Source of the DNA: an uncultured Pseudomonadales bacterium
GTDB taxonomy: Bacteria; Patescibacteriota; Microgenomatia; UBA1400; PJMF01
Reading direction: 5' to 3'
Assembly (NCBI GenBank): GCA_964583795.1
Contig: CAZOWX010000001.1
Location: 30,569-94,568, forward strand
Length of the DNA: 64,000 nt
Positions 1 to 10,521 of this stretch are shown piece by piece. Under the pieces are notes generated by a model, which saw only the letters and a list, made by a program, of their open reading frames with translations, was not told where the DNA came from and ran no database searches. A program made the position numbers and the translations under genes. Each line of letters begins with the position of its first letter. Within the stretch, counting starts at the first letter, position 1.

Positions 1-1
1 C

Positions 2-880
2 AAAACAGCTCACATTGCTATCATTATTCTCCACTACAACGCACCAAAGTTTACGCTCGAGTGTTTACGTTCACTTGAGAATTTGAGTACAAAATATACC
101 CAGTTTAGTGTGATCGTCGTTGATAACTTTTCTCAAGAAATTTTTGCACAACCAAAAACAAGCTATGAACTAAAAGTCCTGCGAACGGATCAGAATCTTG
201 GATTCACTGGCGGAAATAATGTGGGAATTCGATATGCTTTTGAACATCTAAACCCTGATCACATTCTCCTTCTCAATAATGACACTACCGTGTCACCTGA
301 TTTTCTTGACAAGCTGGTTGGGTTTGCACAGACTCATACAAAGGTTGGAGCCATCACTCCAAAAATTTACTTTGAAAAAGGGTGCGAGTTTCACAAATCA
401 CAGTATACACATGATGAACTGGGCAAAGTCATTTGGTTTGCCGGTGGTAGCATTGACTGGCGAAATGTTTACGGCTTTCATCGCGGAGTTGATGAAGTTG
501 ATCGGGGACAATTTGATCTCCCCGTTATAGAGCGCTCGGAAAAGCAGATGCCCTACTATGGCTACCAAACGATGGACTTCGCTTCTGGTTGCTGTGTTTT
601 GATTCCTGCCGCAGTTTTAAAACAAGTTGGTTTGTTCGATGAATCGTATTTTTTATATTGGGAAGATGCTGATTTAAGTATGCGCATTCGCCAAGCTGGT
701 TTTCAGCTGTATTTCTGCCCTCAATCAGTCATTTGGCATAAGAATGCAGGCTCTACTGGTGGATCTGGTTCGAAACTGCAGCAGTATTACCAAAAACGTA
801 ATCGACTGAAGTTTGCACTCAAGTATGCTCCCCTTCGATCAAAACTAGCTGTTCTCAAACAATCCTTGTTAAATAGGTAA
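2..880 (+). CDS. GT2 family glycosyltransferase (rhamnosyltransferase-like), 5' end outside window
   Basis: Frame is open from base 2 (KTAHIAIIILHYN...). Motifs NLGFTGGNN, LLNND, GLFDESYFLYWEDADL. Confidence 0.9.
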   Translation, partial: KTAHIAIIILHYNAPKFTLECLRSLENLSTKYTQFSVIVVDNFSQEIFAQPKTSYELKVLRTDQNLGFTGGNNVGIRYAFEHLNPDHILLLNNDTTVSPDFLDKLVGFAQTHTKVGAITPKIYFEKGCEFHKSQYTHDELGKVIWFAGGSIDWRNVYGFHRGVDEVDRGQFDLPVIERSEKQMPYYGYQTMDFASGCCVLIPAAVLKQVGLFDESYFLYWEDADLSMRIRQAGFQLYFCPQSVIWHKNAGSTGGSGSKLQQYYQKRNRLKFALKYAPLRSKLAVLKQSLLNR

Positions 881-1006
881 CAGAATACCAGATAGTGACT
901 CAAGCACTCAGCAACCAAACGTCACATCAACATTGTTTTGCGTTCCCTCTACATACTGTCACTCCTATGCCATATACTAACGTAAAGTAGTGTTAGAATG
1001 AAAGAT

Positions 1007-1834
1007 ATGGAAAAACTTCCCATCACTGTTGTAGTTCTGACGAAAAATGAAGAACAAATGATAGTGAACTGTATCGAGACAGTACAATGGTGTCAAGAAA
1101 TCGTGGTCATCGATAGTCAATCAACTGACTCAACTGCGGCCCTTGCAAAGAGAGCTGGAGCTATCGTGTACACCACTGATAAAGATTCATTTGCAGAGCG
1201 ACGAAACTATGGCCTTACCAAAGTTCGCACTCCTTGGGTGTTTTATCTTGATGCTGATGAGCGAGTCACTCCAGATCTGATGATGGAAATTAAGTCAGCA
1301 ATACGTGATGGGTCAATCAACGCGTTACGCCTTCATCGACATAATTATCACTATGGGAAAATGATGAACTATGGAGGATGGGAAAAAGATCAGTTAGTCC
1401 GCATTTTTCGCACAGAAGCACTTACTACATGGAGCGGAAAAGTGCACGAGTCCGCCCAATTCTCAGGTCAAGAAAAACTTCTCAAAGCATCACTCGTTCA
1501 TCTCACGCATCGAAATATGGTCGAGGGCTTATACAAAACAATCTCTTGGACACATGATGAGGCACAGCTTTTATTTGAAGCCCATCACCCTCCAGTAACT
1601 CGATTTACTCTGCTTCGAAAAACAATCATGGAGTTTTTACGCCGAGCGTTTTTTTGGCATGGTAAAAAAGATGGCGTAGAAGGATGGATAGAAGCAATGG
1701 TTCAAGCCATGAATAAATTCATCGTGTATGAACAACTTTGGGAGCTACAACAAACCCCATCACTCTACGAAAAATACCAAAAACTAGACGAAGATATAAT
1801 CCGTCAGTGGGAAAACCAAGTCGATCATTCATGA
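1007..1834 (+). CDS. GT2 glycosyltransferase (WaaE/KdtX beta-1,4-glucosyltransferase-like)
   Basis: VVLTKNEE, DSQSTD, YLDADE, GKVHE. Start taken as 1007 (7 nt after TGtTAGAAT); 998 is the alternative. Confidence 0.88.
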   Translation: MEKLPITVVVLTKNEEQMIVNCIETVQWCQEIVVIDSQSTDSTAALAKRAGAIVYTTDKDSFAERRNYGLTKVRTPWVFYLDADERVTPDLMMEIKSAIRDGSINALRLHRHNYHYGKMMNYGGWEKDQLVRIFRTEALTTWSGKVHESAQFSGQEKLLKASLVHLTHRNMVEGLYKTISWTHDEAQLLFEAHHPPVTRFTLLRKTIMEFLRRAFFWHGKKDGVEGWIEAMVQAMNKFIVYEQLWELQQTPSLYEKYQKLDEDIIRQWENQVDHS

Positions 1835-3894
1835 AAAACAAACGCTTGAATATCTGTATTTACTCTCCATACATGCCCGATCACTTTGGCGGTGGAGAGC
1901 GTTATGTACTGAGTGTCGCTGAGTTTTTGGCAAGAACCCACCACGTAAGTATCGCGCTGTCCACAAACGACTTAACCAAAGAAAAAATTGCCATTATTCG
2001 ACAACGGTATCAAGATTTTTTCCAACTCAACTTGAATCATATTAAATTCATTGCCTCACCGCTTGGTCCAGGTCATTTTGTACAAAAACTACTCTGGACG
2101 AAACAATTTGATGTACTGTATTACTTAACAGATGGCAGTTTATTTTTTTCGCTCGCGAAGCGAAATGTGTTACACATCCAGTTCCCGTTTACTCACCACA
2201 TGAGCGGGTTTCTAAACCGCATAAAGCTGAAAAATTGGAATGTACGCAATACAAACTCACAATTTACAAAAGATGTCATTGAACGCAACTGGAAGACCGC
2301 TATTCAATACGTGCATACTCCATATGTTGATACTCAAATTTTTAGACCAGCACATAAGAAAGAAAAAATTATTCTCAACGTCGGACGATTTTTTAGCCAC
2401 TTACATACTAAGCGGCAAGATATTTTGGTAAAGGCATTTAAAAACTTAACAGAGAAGTATCCTCAACACATGAAAGGGTGGAAGCTGGTACTCATTGGTG
2501 GCGTTGAAGATGAAATTTATGCTAAAAAAATAGCCAATCTAGCAAAAGATTTGCCGATTAAAATCATTCATAATGCTTCTGCTGAAACTCTAAAAAGCTA
2601 CTACTCACTCGCACAAATCTACTGGCATGCTACCGGCTTTGGCGTCGACGAGTTTATTCATCCCATGTTTGTTGAGCACTTTGGCATTTCCACGATCGAA
2701 GCAATGGCGAGTGGAGCTATTCCCATCGTAATAAACAAGGGCGGACAAAAAGAGTTGGTGGAACATGGTGTTAATGGCTTTTTATGGAATGAAATTGAAT
2801 CACTTGAGGAAAGAACCATTGCCTGTATCCGTCAAGAAGTCGATTGCGAAGAGTTACAAGAAAAAGCTCGTAGAAGTGTCCTGCGATACTCTCCATCACA
2901 GTTTTTTTCAACATTAAATGCAATGATTGGCTCAAATCAGCCAATTCCAAGTGACATTTCGGGTGAAGTTTCAGTGATTATTCCCACATTTAATGGTAAA
3001 AAGCTTTTGGAAAAAAATATCTCAAGTATTTTTGAATCAATGCGAACTGGTGACGAACTCGTCATCGTCGATGACGCAAGTAACGATGACACTGTTGACT
3101 GGTTACAATCAGAGTTTTCATTGAGTAAAAATGAAGATCGGGCAGAATTTGACGAGTTTGTTTTTGATGGAACATTTGAGAAAAAAAACAAAAAAATTTT
3201 GATCAAATTAATTCAAAATAAAACGAATCTTCGATTTGCGGCTAGTTGTAACAAAGGCGTTAAACTCAGCACACATGAGCTGGTGTTTGTCGTGAATAAC
3301 GACGTTAAACTGAAATCAAATACGTTAACCACGCTCGTTCCATATTTTTTGAATCACAACGGGCAAGCGCATCAGATATTTGGAATCGGTTGCTTGGAGG
3401 AAGAACGAAAAAAAGGAAAGATAGAGTATTCTGGCAAAAACAGCCTCTGGTTTGAGCGTGGGCTATTTGTTCACTCAAAAGCTTCTGAAATGATTACTGG
3501 AGAGACAGCTTGGGTGAGTGGCGGCAGTGGGTTGTTTAGTAAAGCAAAGTGGCAAGAGCTTCAGGGGTTTGACAGACGTTTTTATCCTGCCTACTGGGAG
3601 GATATTGATCTTTCTGCTCGAGCGAAGGAAAGAGGCTGGCAAGTACTGTTTGATGCTGAGGCTGTAGTCGAACACCATCATGAATCCACAAACCAGACTG
3701 CCTTTGGCCAAGAGAGAATTAACCAGATGTCATTTCAAAATGGAATGTTGTTCATGTGGATACATACAAATTTTGTTCAAAAACTACAATTTTTGGCTTG
3801 GTTGCCATACCACCTCGTTATTACTAATAGGCGCTCTCATGGGGCTTTTTTGCACGGCTTATTAAGGCTTTTATTGAAAAACTCTCAATCATAG
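1831..3894 (+). CDS. GT4-GT2 fusion glycosyltransferase
   Basis: N-terminal GT-B (GGGERY, EHFGISTIEAMASG) and C-terminal GT-A (IIPTFNG, VVNND, AYWEDIDL). ATG 1831 overlaps the upstream stop (ATGA). Confidence 0.9.
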   Translation: MKNKRLNICIYSPYMPDHFGGGERYVLSVAEFLARTHHVSIALSTNDLTKEKIAIIRQRYQDFFQLNLNHIKFIASPLGPGHFVQKLLWTKQFDVLYYLTDGSLFFSLAKRNVLHIQFPFTHHMSGFLNRIKLKNWNVRNTNSQFTKDVIERNWKTAIQYVHTPYVDTQIFRPAHKKEKIILNVGRFFSHLHTKRQDILVKAFKNLTEKYPQHMKGWKLVLIGGVEDEIYAKKIANLAKDLPIKIIHNASAETLKSYYSLAQIYWHATGFGVDEFIHPMFVEHFGISTIEAMASGAIPIVINKGGQKELVEHGVNGFLWNEIESLEERTIACIRQEVDCEELQEKARRSVLRYSPSQFFSTLNAMIGSNQPIPSDISGEVSVIIPTFNGKKLLEKNISSIFESMRTGDELVIVDDASNDDTVDWLQSEFSLSKNEDRAEFDEFVFDGTFEKKNKKILIKLIQNKTNLRFAASCNKGVKLSTHELVFVVNNDVKLKSNTLTTLVPYFLNHNGQAHQIFGIGCLEEERKKGKIEYSGKNSLWFERGLFVHSKASEMITGETAWVSGGSGLFSKAKWQELQGFDRRFYPAYWEDIDLSARAKERGWQVLFDAEAVVEHHHESTNQTAFGQERINQMSFQNGMLFMWIHTNFVQKLQFLAWLPYHLVITNRRSHGAFLHGLLRLLLKNSQS

Positions 3895-3935
3895 TACCAG
3901 ATAACACTATAACTTTGGTAAAATAACACTTATCT

Positions 3936-5570
3936 ATGACTCAGCTACTCAAGAGATACTCTTTTGGATTAATGTTTATTGCTATTATCTGTATCGCTAC
4001 TGTGCTTCGCCTCTATAAGCTTGACCAAGTCCCGTCTGGCATGAGCTGGGACGAAGCAGCAATTGGCTACAATGGCTACGCTATCTGGACTGTGCATCGT
4101 GACGAGTGGTTACATTTTATGCCATTTTCGTTTAAATCATTTGGGGATTTCAAGGCTCCGTTTGCTATCTATTTAAACGGAATATTTACAGTACTTTTCG
4201 GACTACAGCTTTGGGTAATACGTCTACCATTCGTAATTGCTGGTGTCGCAAGTATCATCGGAATGGCATGGTTGATTCATCTGTTGTTTCAAGTATTTCC
4301 ATTTCGTCAGGAAAATCAAAAAAACGCTTCTCAACTCACAGTTCTCGGGATTGCTTTCATCATCACGACTTCACCATGGCACATCTTTTTTACTCGGGCA
4401 GGATTTGAATCAGGTATGGCGATGGGCTTTATGATTTGGGGTATGTGTTTCTTTTTGCAAAGTCTCCACACTCAATCAAAACGTTTTTTATTTGTGGGTT
4501 TGAGTGTAATCAGTTTCGTATTGGGCCTGTATACCTATCACAGTGCTAAAATCTTTTTACCAATTTTTTTTGTTGTTCTTTTTGCCTTTTTCTTTCAATC
4601 AATCAAAAAACATTTCGCTGTCTATAGCTTTGGACTCATTTTCGGAATCATATTGCTGACACCACTCGTGTATGACTCGGTGCTTGGTCAGGGTACAGAA
4701 CGGTTTTCTCAAACTTCGTTATTTAGCAATCAAAAGTTGACCTCAACTGAAAAATTGACAACTTTTGTCAGTAACTATGCTCACCAATTTTCACCAGCTT
4801 TTTTGTTTGCTGGAGAAACAACCACACTTCGACATGGAGATGGGCACTGGGGAGTGTTGTTTTTAACCGATGGATTGTTGCTGATAGCGACAACTATCTG
4901 GTTTATTCTCCTTTCTGTATCGAAAAAAGCTGCTCGGTTTTCCTCTCCACTATCCAAAATCTACCTATTGGGAGTTTCATGGTTTTTAATCGGTTTGTTG
5001 CCAGCAGCAATCGGAATGGAAATTCCTCATGCCAACAGAGCATTATTAAGTTACCCAGGTTTTCTGATCATCGAAGCATTGGGAATATTTTTCCTACTGG
5101 AGAAACTTACTGCAAGTAGTAAACCAACAGTAAAACTTGTTGTTCAGGCACTATTAGGAACTGGATTCATGCTTCATGTTTTTTTTGTCGTGTCGTTTAC
5201 TCATGATTACTTTTCCAAATACTCGCTCGACTCAGCTGAGGCTTTTCAGTACGGTTACAAAGAGGTATTTGATTACGTTTTACCTCGCGAATCACAAGTT
5301 GAGAAAGTATTAATCACTTCTAAATATGGCCAACCGTACATTTACACATTGCTGTATCGCCACACCAATGCCATTTTGTATCACGGTGGGGCTCTGAGCA
5401 AATATGAGTACCCCGATACGGTCAATATCGGCGATGTGATTCGTAAAAACGCTATTGTTGTTGCAACCCCTGAAGAACTTGATCCATCTATTGCTGATCA
5501 ACTTATTCTTGCTCCAAGTGGAGAAGTTCGGTTTGTGATTATTAATACGGCAGAGCATCCAAGGCTATGA
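3936..5570 (+). CDS. GT-C membrane glycosyltransferase (PMT_2/ArnT-like), paralog 1
   Basis: Polytopic; WDEAAIGYN...SFGDFKAP, RLP, SPW..F.R.GFE, LRH, PHANR. Confidence 0.85.
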   Translation: MTQLLKRYSFGLMFIAIICIATVLRLYKLDQVPSGMSWDEAAIGYNGYAIWTVHRDEWLHFMPFSFKSFGDFKAPFAIYLNGIFTVLFGLQLWVIRLPFVIAGVASIIGMAWLIHLLFQVFPFRQENQKNASQLTVLGIAFIITTSPWHIFFTRAGFESGMAMGFMIWGMCFFLQSLHTQSKRFLFVGLSVISFVLGLYTYHSAKIFLPIFFVVLFAFFFQSIKKHFAVYSFGLIFGIILLTPLVYDSVLGQGTERFSQTSLFSNQKLTSTEKLTTFVSNYAHQFSPAFLFAGETTTLRHGDGHWGVLFLTDGLLLIATTIWFILLSVSKKAARFSSPLSKIYLLGVSWFLIGLLPAAIGMEIPHANRALLSYPGFLIIEALGIFFLLEKLTASSKPTVKLVVQALLGTGFMLHVFFVVSFTHDYFSKYSLDSAEAFQYGYKEVFDYVLPRESQVEKVLITSKYGQPYIYTLLYRHTNAILYHGGALSKYEYPDTVNIGDVIRKNAIVVATPEELDPSIADQLILAPSGEVRFVIINTAEHPRL

Positions 5571-7255
5571 TATCGAAACTTATGACTCGCCATCACCTCG
5601 TTATTGTTAGTATCTTGTTGATCAGTTTTGCCCTACGGGTCGTCAATCTACAACATCTCCCTCCATCACCATATTGGGAAGAAGTCGCTTTAGGATATGA
5701 CGCGTATAGTATTTTAAAAACTGGAAAAGATCATCATGGTCACCTCTTTCCACTTGTGGCTTTTGAGTCGTTTGGTGACTACAAACCATCAGGATATTTT
5801 TATGCTATTGTGCCCTTTATAGCACTGATTGGTTTGTCGGTATTTGCAGTACGACTCCCATCAACTCTAGCAGGAGTTGCTATTGTCTACTTTAGTGGCG
5901 CGATTGCCAAATTACTGTTTCACTCTGAAATAGCGAAACAAGCGCATTCATGGAAAGCAATTTTACTTTCTCCACAAATACTGACCATGATTGTGACTGC
6001 ATTTTCACCGTGGGCCCTGCAATTTTCTCGGGGAGGGTGGGAAGTTAACTTAGCAACATGTTTTTTGACTATTGGTGTATACAGTGCACTACGAGCAGCG
6101 CAACAACTACAAACCAAAGGGCACTCAACAACTCTGGTGTTTCAATGGTACTTTATTGGCTTTATTTTCTTTATTCTCTCCACGTATACCTATCACTCGA
6201 CTCGGATCATTGCGCCACTCTTGGGGATAGTTACTGCAATCCCACTGCTCAAACAAGCCGCAAAATACAAACTCACCATTGCGGCGCTCCTATTTTTGGG
6301 AATTCTAACAATGCTCCCAATACTGTATCAAATAAAAGATCCAGCGGTCACTCATCGATTACAAGAAACTTCCGCTTTTACTACTCAACAAGAAATTGAT
6401 CAAAGTAATCAACTCATTACCCAATTTGGCTCAACTCGACTGGCAAGAATTGTGTTTCACCGTGACTGGTTTTACCTCAAAACATTTTTATCGAACTACT
6501 TTTCTCACTTTCGTCTCGATTACCTTTTTCTATCTGGAGATAACAATACTCGACATTCAACCCATTTTTTTGGATTATTTTTTCCAACTGACCTGGTTGT
6601 ACTTGCACTTGGAGTTATTGCGATGGTAACGCAATGGAAACACCGTTTTCATTTGTTGTGGATTTGGCTTGGTATCGGGCTCATCCCATCAGCTCTCACC
6701 AAAGATGTGCCACACGCTCTTCGCACCCTGCCAGTGCTGCCGGTATATATGGTAACTCTGGGAATTGGATTTACCTACTTATTTGAACAGCTGGCTAAAC
6801 TTCGTTTCTCAAAACTTCTTTTTGCAGGTATTAGCTTTATCGTTTTGGCTGAAATTATCGTGTATTGGCATTTTCACTTTACAGTATATCCAACCTATTC
6901 TTCCAAAGAATGGCAGTACGGCTATCAACAAATGATTGCGGCCATTAAAAGCAATCAACAAACAAATGAAGCAGTGTTTATTACCACTGAAAAAAAACGG
7001 CCAGCCATGTACTACTGGTTTTTTACTAAAACGGATCCCGTTTTAGTCCAAGCAGAAGAAAATACCGCTCAAAAAGATCAAGGAGAGTTTTTATCATTTC
7101 AAAATATCAAGTTCATTTTTCATTTATCAGGGAGTGAGCAAGGCCTAATTGCCAGCGGACCAGAGCAGCGAAAAAACTTTCCTAACGCTCAAGAGTTAGC
7201 AACCATTACCGATTTACAAGGCCATCCAATTTGGATTGTTTACCGGGCACAATAG
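5567..7255 (+). CDS. GT-C membrane glycosyltransferase (PMT_2/ArnT-like), paralog 2
   Basis: WEEVALGYD...SFGDYKP, RLPS, FSRGGWE, RHS, PHALR, WQYGY. Confidence 0.85.
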   Translation: MISKLMTRHHLVIVSILLISFALRVVNLQHLPPSPYWEEVALGYDAYSILKTGKDHHGHLFPLVAFESFGDYKPSGYFYAIVPFIALIGLSVFAVRLPSTLAGVAIVYFSGAIAKLLFHSEIAKQAHSWKAILLSPQILTMIVTAFSPWALQFSRGGWEVNLATCFLTIGVYSALRAAQQLQTKGHSTTLVFQWYFIGFIFFILSTYTYHSTRIIAPLLGIVTAIPLLKQAAKYKLTIAALLFLGILTMLPILYQIKDPAVTHRLQETSAFTTQQEIDQSNQLITQFGSTRLARIVFHRDWFYLKTFLSNYFSHFRLDYLFLSGDNNTRHSTHFFGLFFPTDLVVLALGVIAMVTQWKHRFHLLWIWLGIGLIPSALTKDVPHALRTLPVLPVYMVTLGIGFTYLFEQLAKLRFSKLLFAGISFIVLAEIIVYWHFHFTVYPTYSSKEWQYGYQQMIAAIKSNQQTNEAVFITTEKKRPAMYYWFFTKTDPVLVQAEENTAQKDQGEFLSFQNIKFIFHLSGSEQGLIASGPEQRKNFPNAQELATITDLQGHPIWIVYRAQ

Positions 7256-7267
7256 CAATTACATATC

Positions 7268-8947
7268 ATGTCTCATATTTTTACTCAACATCGATTCACT
7301 CTTTTAGCAGTAGTCATACTCGGATTAAGTTTTGTTTTTCGTTTTTGGCAATTAGGAAATGTGCCAGTTGGTTTGTATTGGGATGAAGTGGCTATGTATG
7401 TTGATGCGAAAACAGTTTCACAATCATTGAAAGATATGCATGGAAATAGCGCTCTACAAGCGATGTTTCCATCATATGGTGATTACAAGTTACCAGTGTA
7501 CATCTGGCTAGCAAGCTTGAGTTTTAAGCTGTTTGGAGCGAGCAACTTTGCGCTGCGATTGCCCAGTGCTATAGCAGGGATACTGCAAGGGTACCTCATC
7601 TTTGTATTGGTTAAAGAACTCTCAAATAAATTCATTTCGAAAGAAAAAAGTCAGTACTTGGGTTTATTGGGTTGGTTTGTTTCAGCAGTTTCACCATGGA
7701 GCGTGTTATTTTCGCGAACTGGATTTGAAGGACACATCGGTCAATTACTCATCTGCGCTTCAGTCTTCAGCTTCGTTTCTTCTAAAAGAAACAGGTTGTG
7801 GCTTATACCAGCTATAGTATTGGGAATCTTGAGCACATACACCTATTATAGTGTCCGGTTCGTTTGGCCCATCGTATTCATAGGGTACTGGTTTTTACTT
7901 CAACCATTTCCCAAAACACTACTGCAATTTGTTAAATCTAGTTTTGTGAGTGTAGCGTTACTTCTTATCTGGGGAATAGGAATCTTACCGCTCTTTTTTT
8001 CTCCTTGGTATCAACCAAGTCAACAATTTCGCCTTAGCACTCCATCGCTGATGGATTTGGGTCCATACAGTATTCGCTCAAACGAGTTTCGCGAAATGAG
8101 TGGCAATGGGCCACTTTCTAGAGTGTTTTATCATCAGCGCGTTTTGCAACTGCGCGATGTGCTCGAGCATTACGCGGATCATTTTGACTTTTCATATCTA
8201 TTTATTTCAGGAGATAAAAATTTACGACATAGTACGGGCTTCGATGGTCTGTTTTTACTCTTTAGCGCACCACTACTCGTAGCTGGAATCTTATATTTGG
8301 TGAAAAACGATGTTCGACTGTTTTTGTTTTTGTTTGGATGGTGGCTGATTGCCTTGTTACCAGCATCTATTCCAATTGAAACGCCTCACGCACTGCGATC
8401 ACTCAACGCCTTAACTCCGATACTTTTGTTAATGAGTTTCGGGGGTATTCCAATTACACAAATTATACAATCAATCCGACCGGCTTCATTTCGTTTTGGG
8501 GCAGTTTTTTTGATTATCCTCATGATAACAGTTCAAGTTACTTGGTTTACGGTTGACTATTTTTTTATTTATCCAGGTAAAAGTGCTCATGACTGGCAGG
8601 AGGGATACCAGACTCTAGCGAAAGTCATAGAAGATAAACATGGTTCATATGACAAAGTTTGGGCAAATCCGTATGATGATCGATTCTTTTTGTGGTATCT
8701 AGCGTACTCCAATATGGACGCGCAGCGGATTCAAAGCATAATGAAAGATACCTTTTTGACAGATCGAATTGACAATATTATTTTTCAAGAGTTTCCCTTT
8801 GATAAATCAAACCCCAGTGTCCGCCCGTTCATGACCATAAAACGCAGTACTGCAGACAACGATGAGAATAATCCATCGACAACGCAGCAAGAGATTTTGG
8901 GGTATGATCACCAACCATTGTTTATCATTCGTTATTATGAACGCTAA
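7268..8947 (+). CDS. GT-C membrane glycosyltransferase (PMT_2/ArnT-like), paralog 3
   Basis: WDEVAMYVD...SYGDYKLP, RLPS, FSRTGFE, LRHS, PHALR. Confidence 0.85.
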   Translation: MSHIFTQHRFTLLAVVILGLSFVFRFWQLGNVPVGLYWDEVAMYVDAKTVSQSLKDMHGNSALQAMFPSYGDYKLPVYIWLASLSFKLFGASNFALRLPSAIAGILQGYLIFVLVKELSNKFISKEKSQYLGLLGWFVSAVSPWSVLFSRTGFEGHIGQLLICASVFSFVSSKRNRLWLIPAIVLGILSTYTYYSVRFVWPIVFIGYWFLLQPFPKTLLQFVKSSFVSVALLLIWGIGILPLFFSPWYQPSQQFRLSTPSLMDLGPYSIRSNEFREMSGNGPLSRVFYHQRVLQLRDVLEHYADHFDFSYLFISGDKNLRHSTGFDGLFLLFSAPLLVAGILYLVKNDVRLFLFLFGWWLIALLPASIPIETPHALRSLNALTPILLLMSFGGIPITQIIQSIRPASFRFGAVFLIILMITVQVTWFTVDYFFIYPGKSAHDWQEGYQTLAKVIEDKHGSYDKVWANPYDDRFFLWYLAYSNMDAQRIQSIMKDTFLTDRIDNIIFQEFPFDKSNPSVRPFMTIKRSTADNDENNPSTTQQEILGYDHQPLFIIRYYER

Positions 8948-10517
8948 AACCTTCATCATTACACTTGTTTCCATTGTCGTTTTCGGATCAATTATTCGAT
9001 TCGTAGCTCTTGATCAATATCCACCTCAGCTTAACCGAGACGAAGCCGCTTTGGCCCTTAATGCCAGACTGATTGCTCAAACTGGTTTTGATGAGTGGCA
9101 TCATCACTTGCCACTGCAATTTCAGTCTTTTGGCGATTACAAGTTACCAGGGTATATCTACTTGTTATCAGGGTTGTTCTTAATTCACACTAGTGATGTT
9201 GTTGTGCGTTTGCCTTCAGCTTTAGCAGGGATGGGAATAGTCATTACTCTGCTATTTTGGGCACAAAATGTACTCAAATTTCCATTGTCGCGTGCATCCA
9301 AAATCGTCTTGCTCCTGAGCATTTCACTCTCTCCTTTTGCTATGTTTTACTCCAGGATGGCCTGGGAAGCAAACCTGTCACTTTTTCTGATGCTCTCTGC
9401 TTTGACACTACTACATTCTCAAAAACCAACACTTCACAAAGATCTTTTGGCTCTGCTGATCTACTTCGCAGCAATTTTGACCTACAACAGTGCATATATC
9501 TTGTTACCGTTCATTGCGTTTTCGGTAGTCTTATCAAGGGGAATCAACAAATACCGATTTTGGCTACTTCCACTCGCTTCATTTTTAGTCATATTTACCA
9601 TAAGCTCACTCATACTAATGTCGAATAACTCCCAAAAATCTGGAATTTTAATTTTTAGTGATGGTGCCATTCTCGATACCTATCCTAAATATCGCCAAAG
9701 TTTTCCTAATGTGTTGCGGCCCGTTGTCGGCAATAAATACGTCTATTTCTCACAGATTGCTGCCACTCACTATCTACAGACATTTTCTCCGTATTTTCTG
9801 ATTACTCATGGTGGACAGCACCCATGGCACTCAATTTTAGGGAAAGGGCACATTTTTTACAGTACATATGTTTTATTTCTTATCGGTGTTATGACTCAGC
9901 TGAGCAAAGCAATTTACTTTTTGAAAATGAGACACAAATGGAAAAAATTAAGTACTCGATCAATTATTCCGTTTTTTTTGCTAATCGTCTCACCATTACC
10001 CTCTATTTTTACCACAGACGCGCCCCATGCCACCCGAAGTTTGTTTACTTTTATCATGATTATTGTGTTTTCTGCTATCGGAGGACAACACCTGCTAAGC
10101 ACAGCAGCAAAACACTCATTCCAGTTGCGAAAAGCAGTCATCACCATTCTCTTGGGCTTGCTCATCTTTGAGGGTGCTAACTATTTAAACAGTTATTTTA
10201 TTGTGTGGCCCCACCAATTCTCTCCAGACTTTCAACTTGGACTCAAACAAAAAATCACAGATGAAGTGCTACAACCAAGAGACGGCAACATTGGCATTTT
10301 GGATACCGGCGAGTATGTATACGCCTCAGTCGCTTGGTATGCAAGGCTGCAACCACAGTTATTTTTCGATACAATAGAACGAAGTGGACCATCAGTAGCC
10401 GGTTTATATACTGTAACTCGAGTGGGGAAATACTACTTTATTCCTGACAAGAACATTGCTGTTCCTTACGGCTCAGAAGTACTCACTCCTACCAAATCTG
10501 GATGGGAATGGCAATAA
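8937..10517 (+). CDS. GT-C membrane glycosyltransferase (PMT_2/ArnT-like), paralog 4
   Basis: RDEAALALN...SFGDYKLP, RLPS, YSRMAWE, PHATR. Start reset to ATG 8937. Confidence 0.85.
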   Translation: MNAKTFIITLVSIVVFGSIIRFVALDQYPPQLNRDEAALALNARLIAQTGFDEWHHHLPLQFQSFGDYKLPGYIYLLSGLFLIHTSDVVVRLPSALAGMGIVITLLFWAQNVLKFPLSRASKIVLLLSISLSPFAMFYSRMAWEANLSLFLMLSALTLLHSQKPTLHKDLLALLIYFAAILTYNSAYILLPFIAFSVVLSRGINKYRFWLLPLASFLVIFTISSLILMSNNSQKSGILIFSDGAILDTYPKYRQSFPNVLRPVVGNKYVYFSQIAATHYLQTFSPYFLITHGGQHPWHSILGKGHIFYSTYVLFLIGVMTQLSKAIYFLKMRHKWKKLSTRSIIPFFLLIVSPLPSIFTTDAPHATRSLFTFIMIIVFSAIGGQHLLSTAAKHSFQLRKAVITILLGLLIFEGANYLNSYFIVWPHQFSPDFQLGLKQKITDEVLQPRDGNIGILDTGEYVYASVAWYARLQPQLFFDTIERSGPSVAGLYTVTRVGKYYFIPDKNIAVPYGSEVLTPTKSGWEWQ

Positions 10518-10521
10518 TTAT

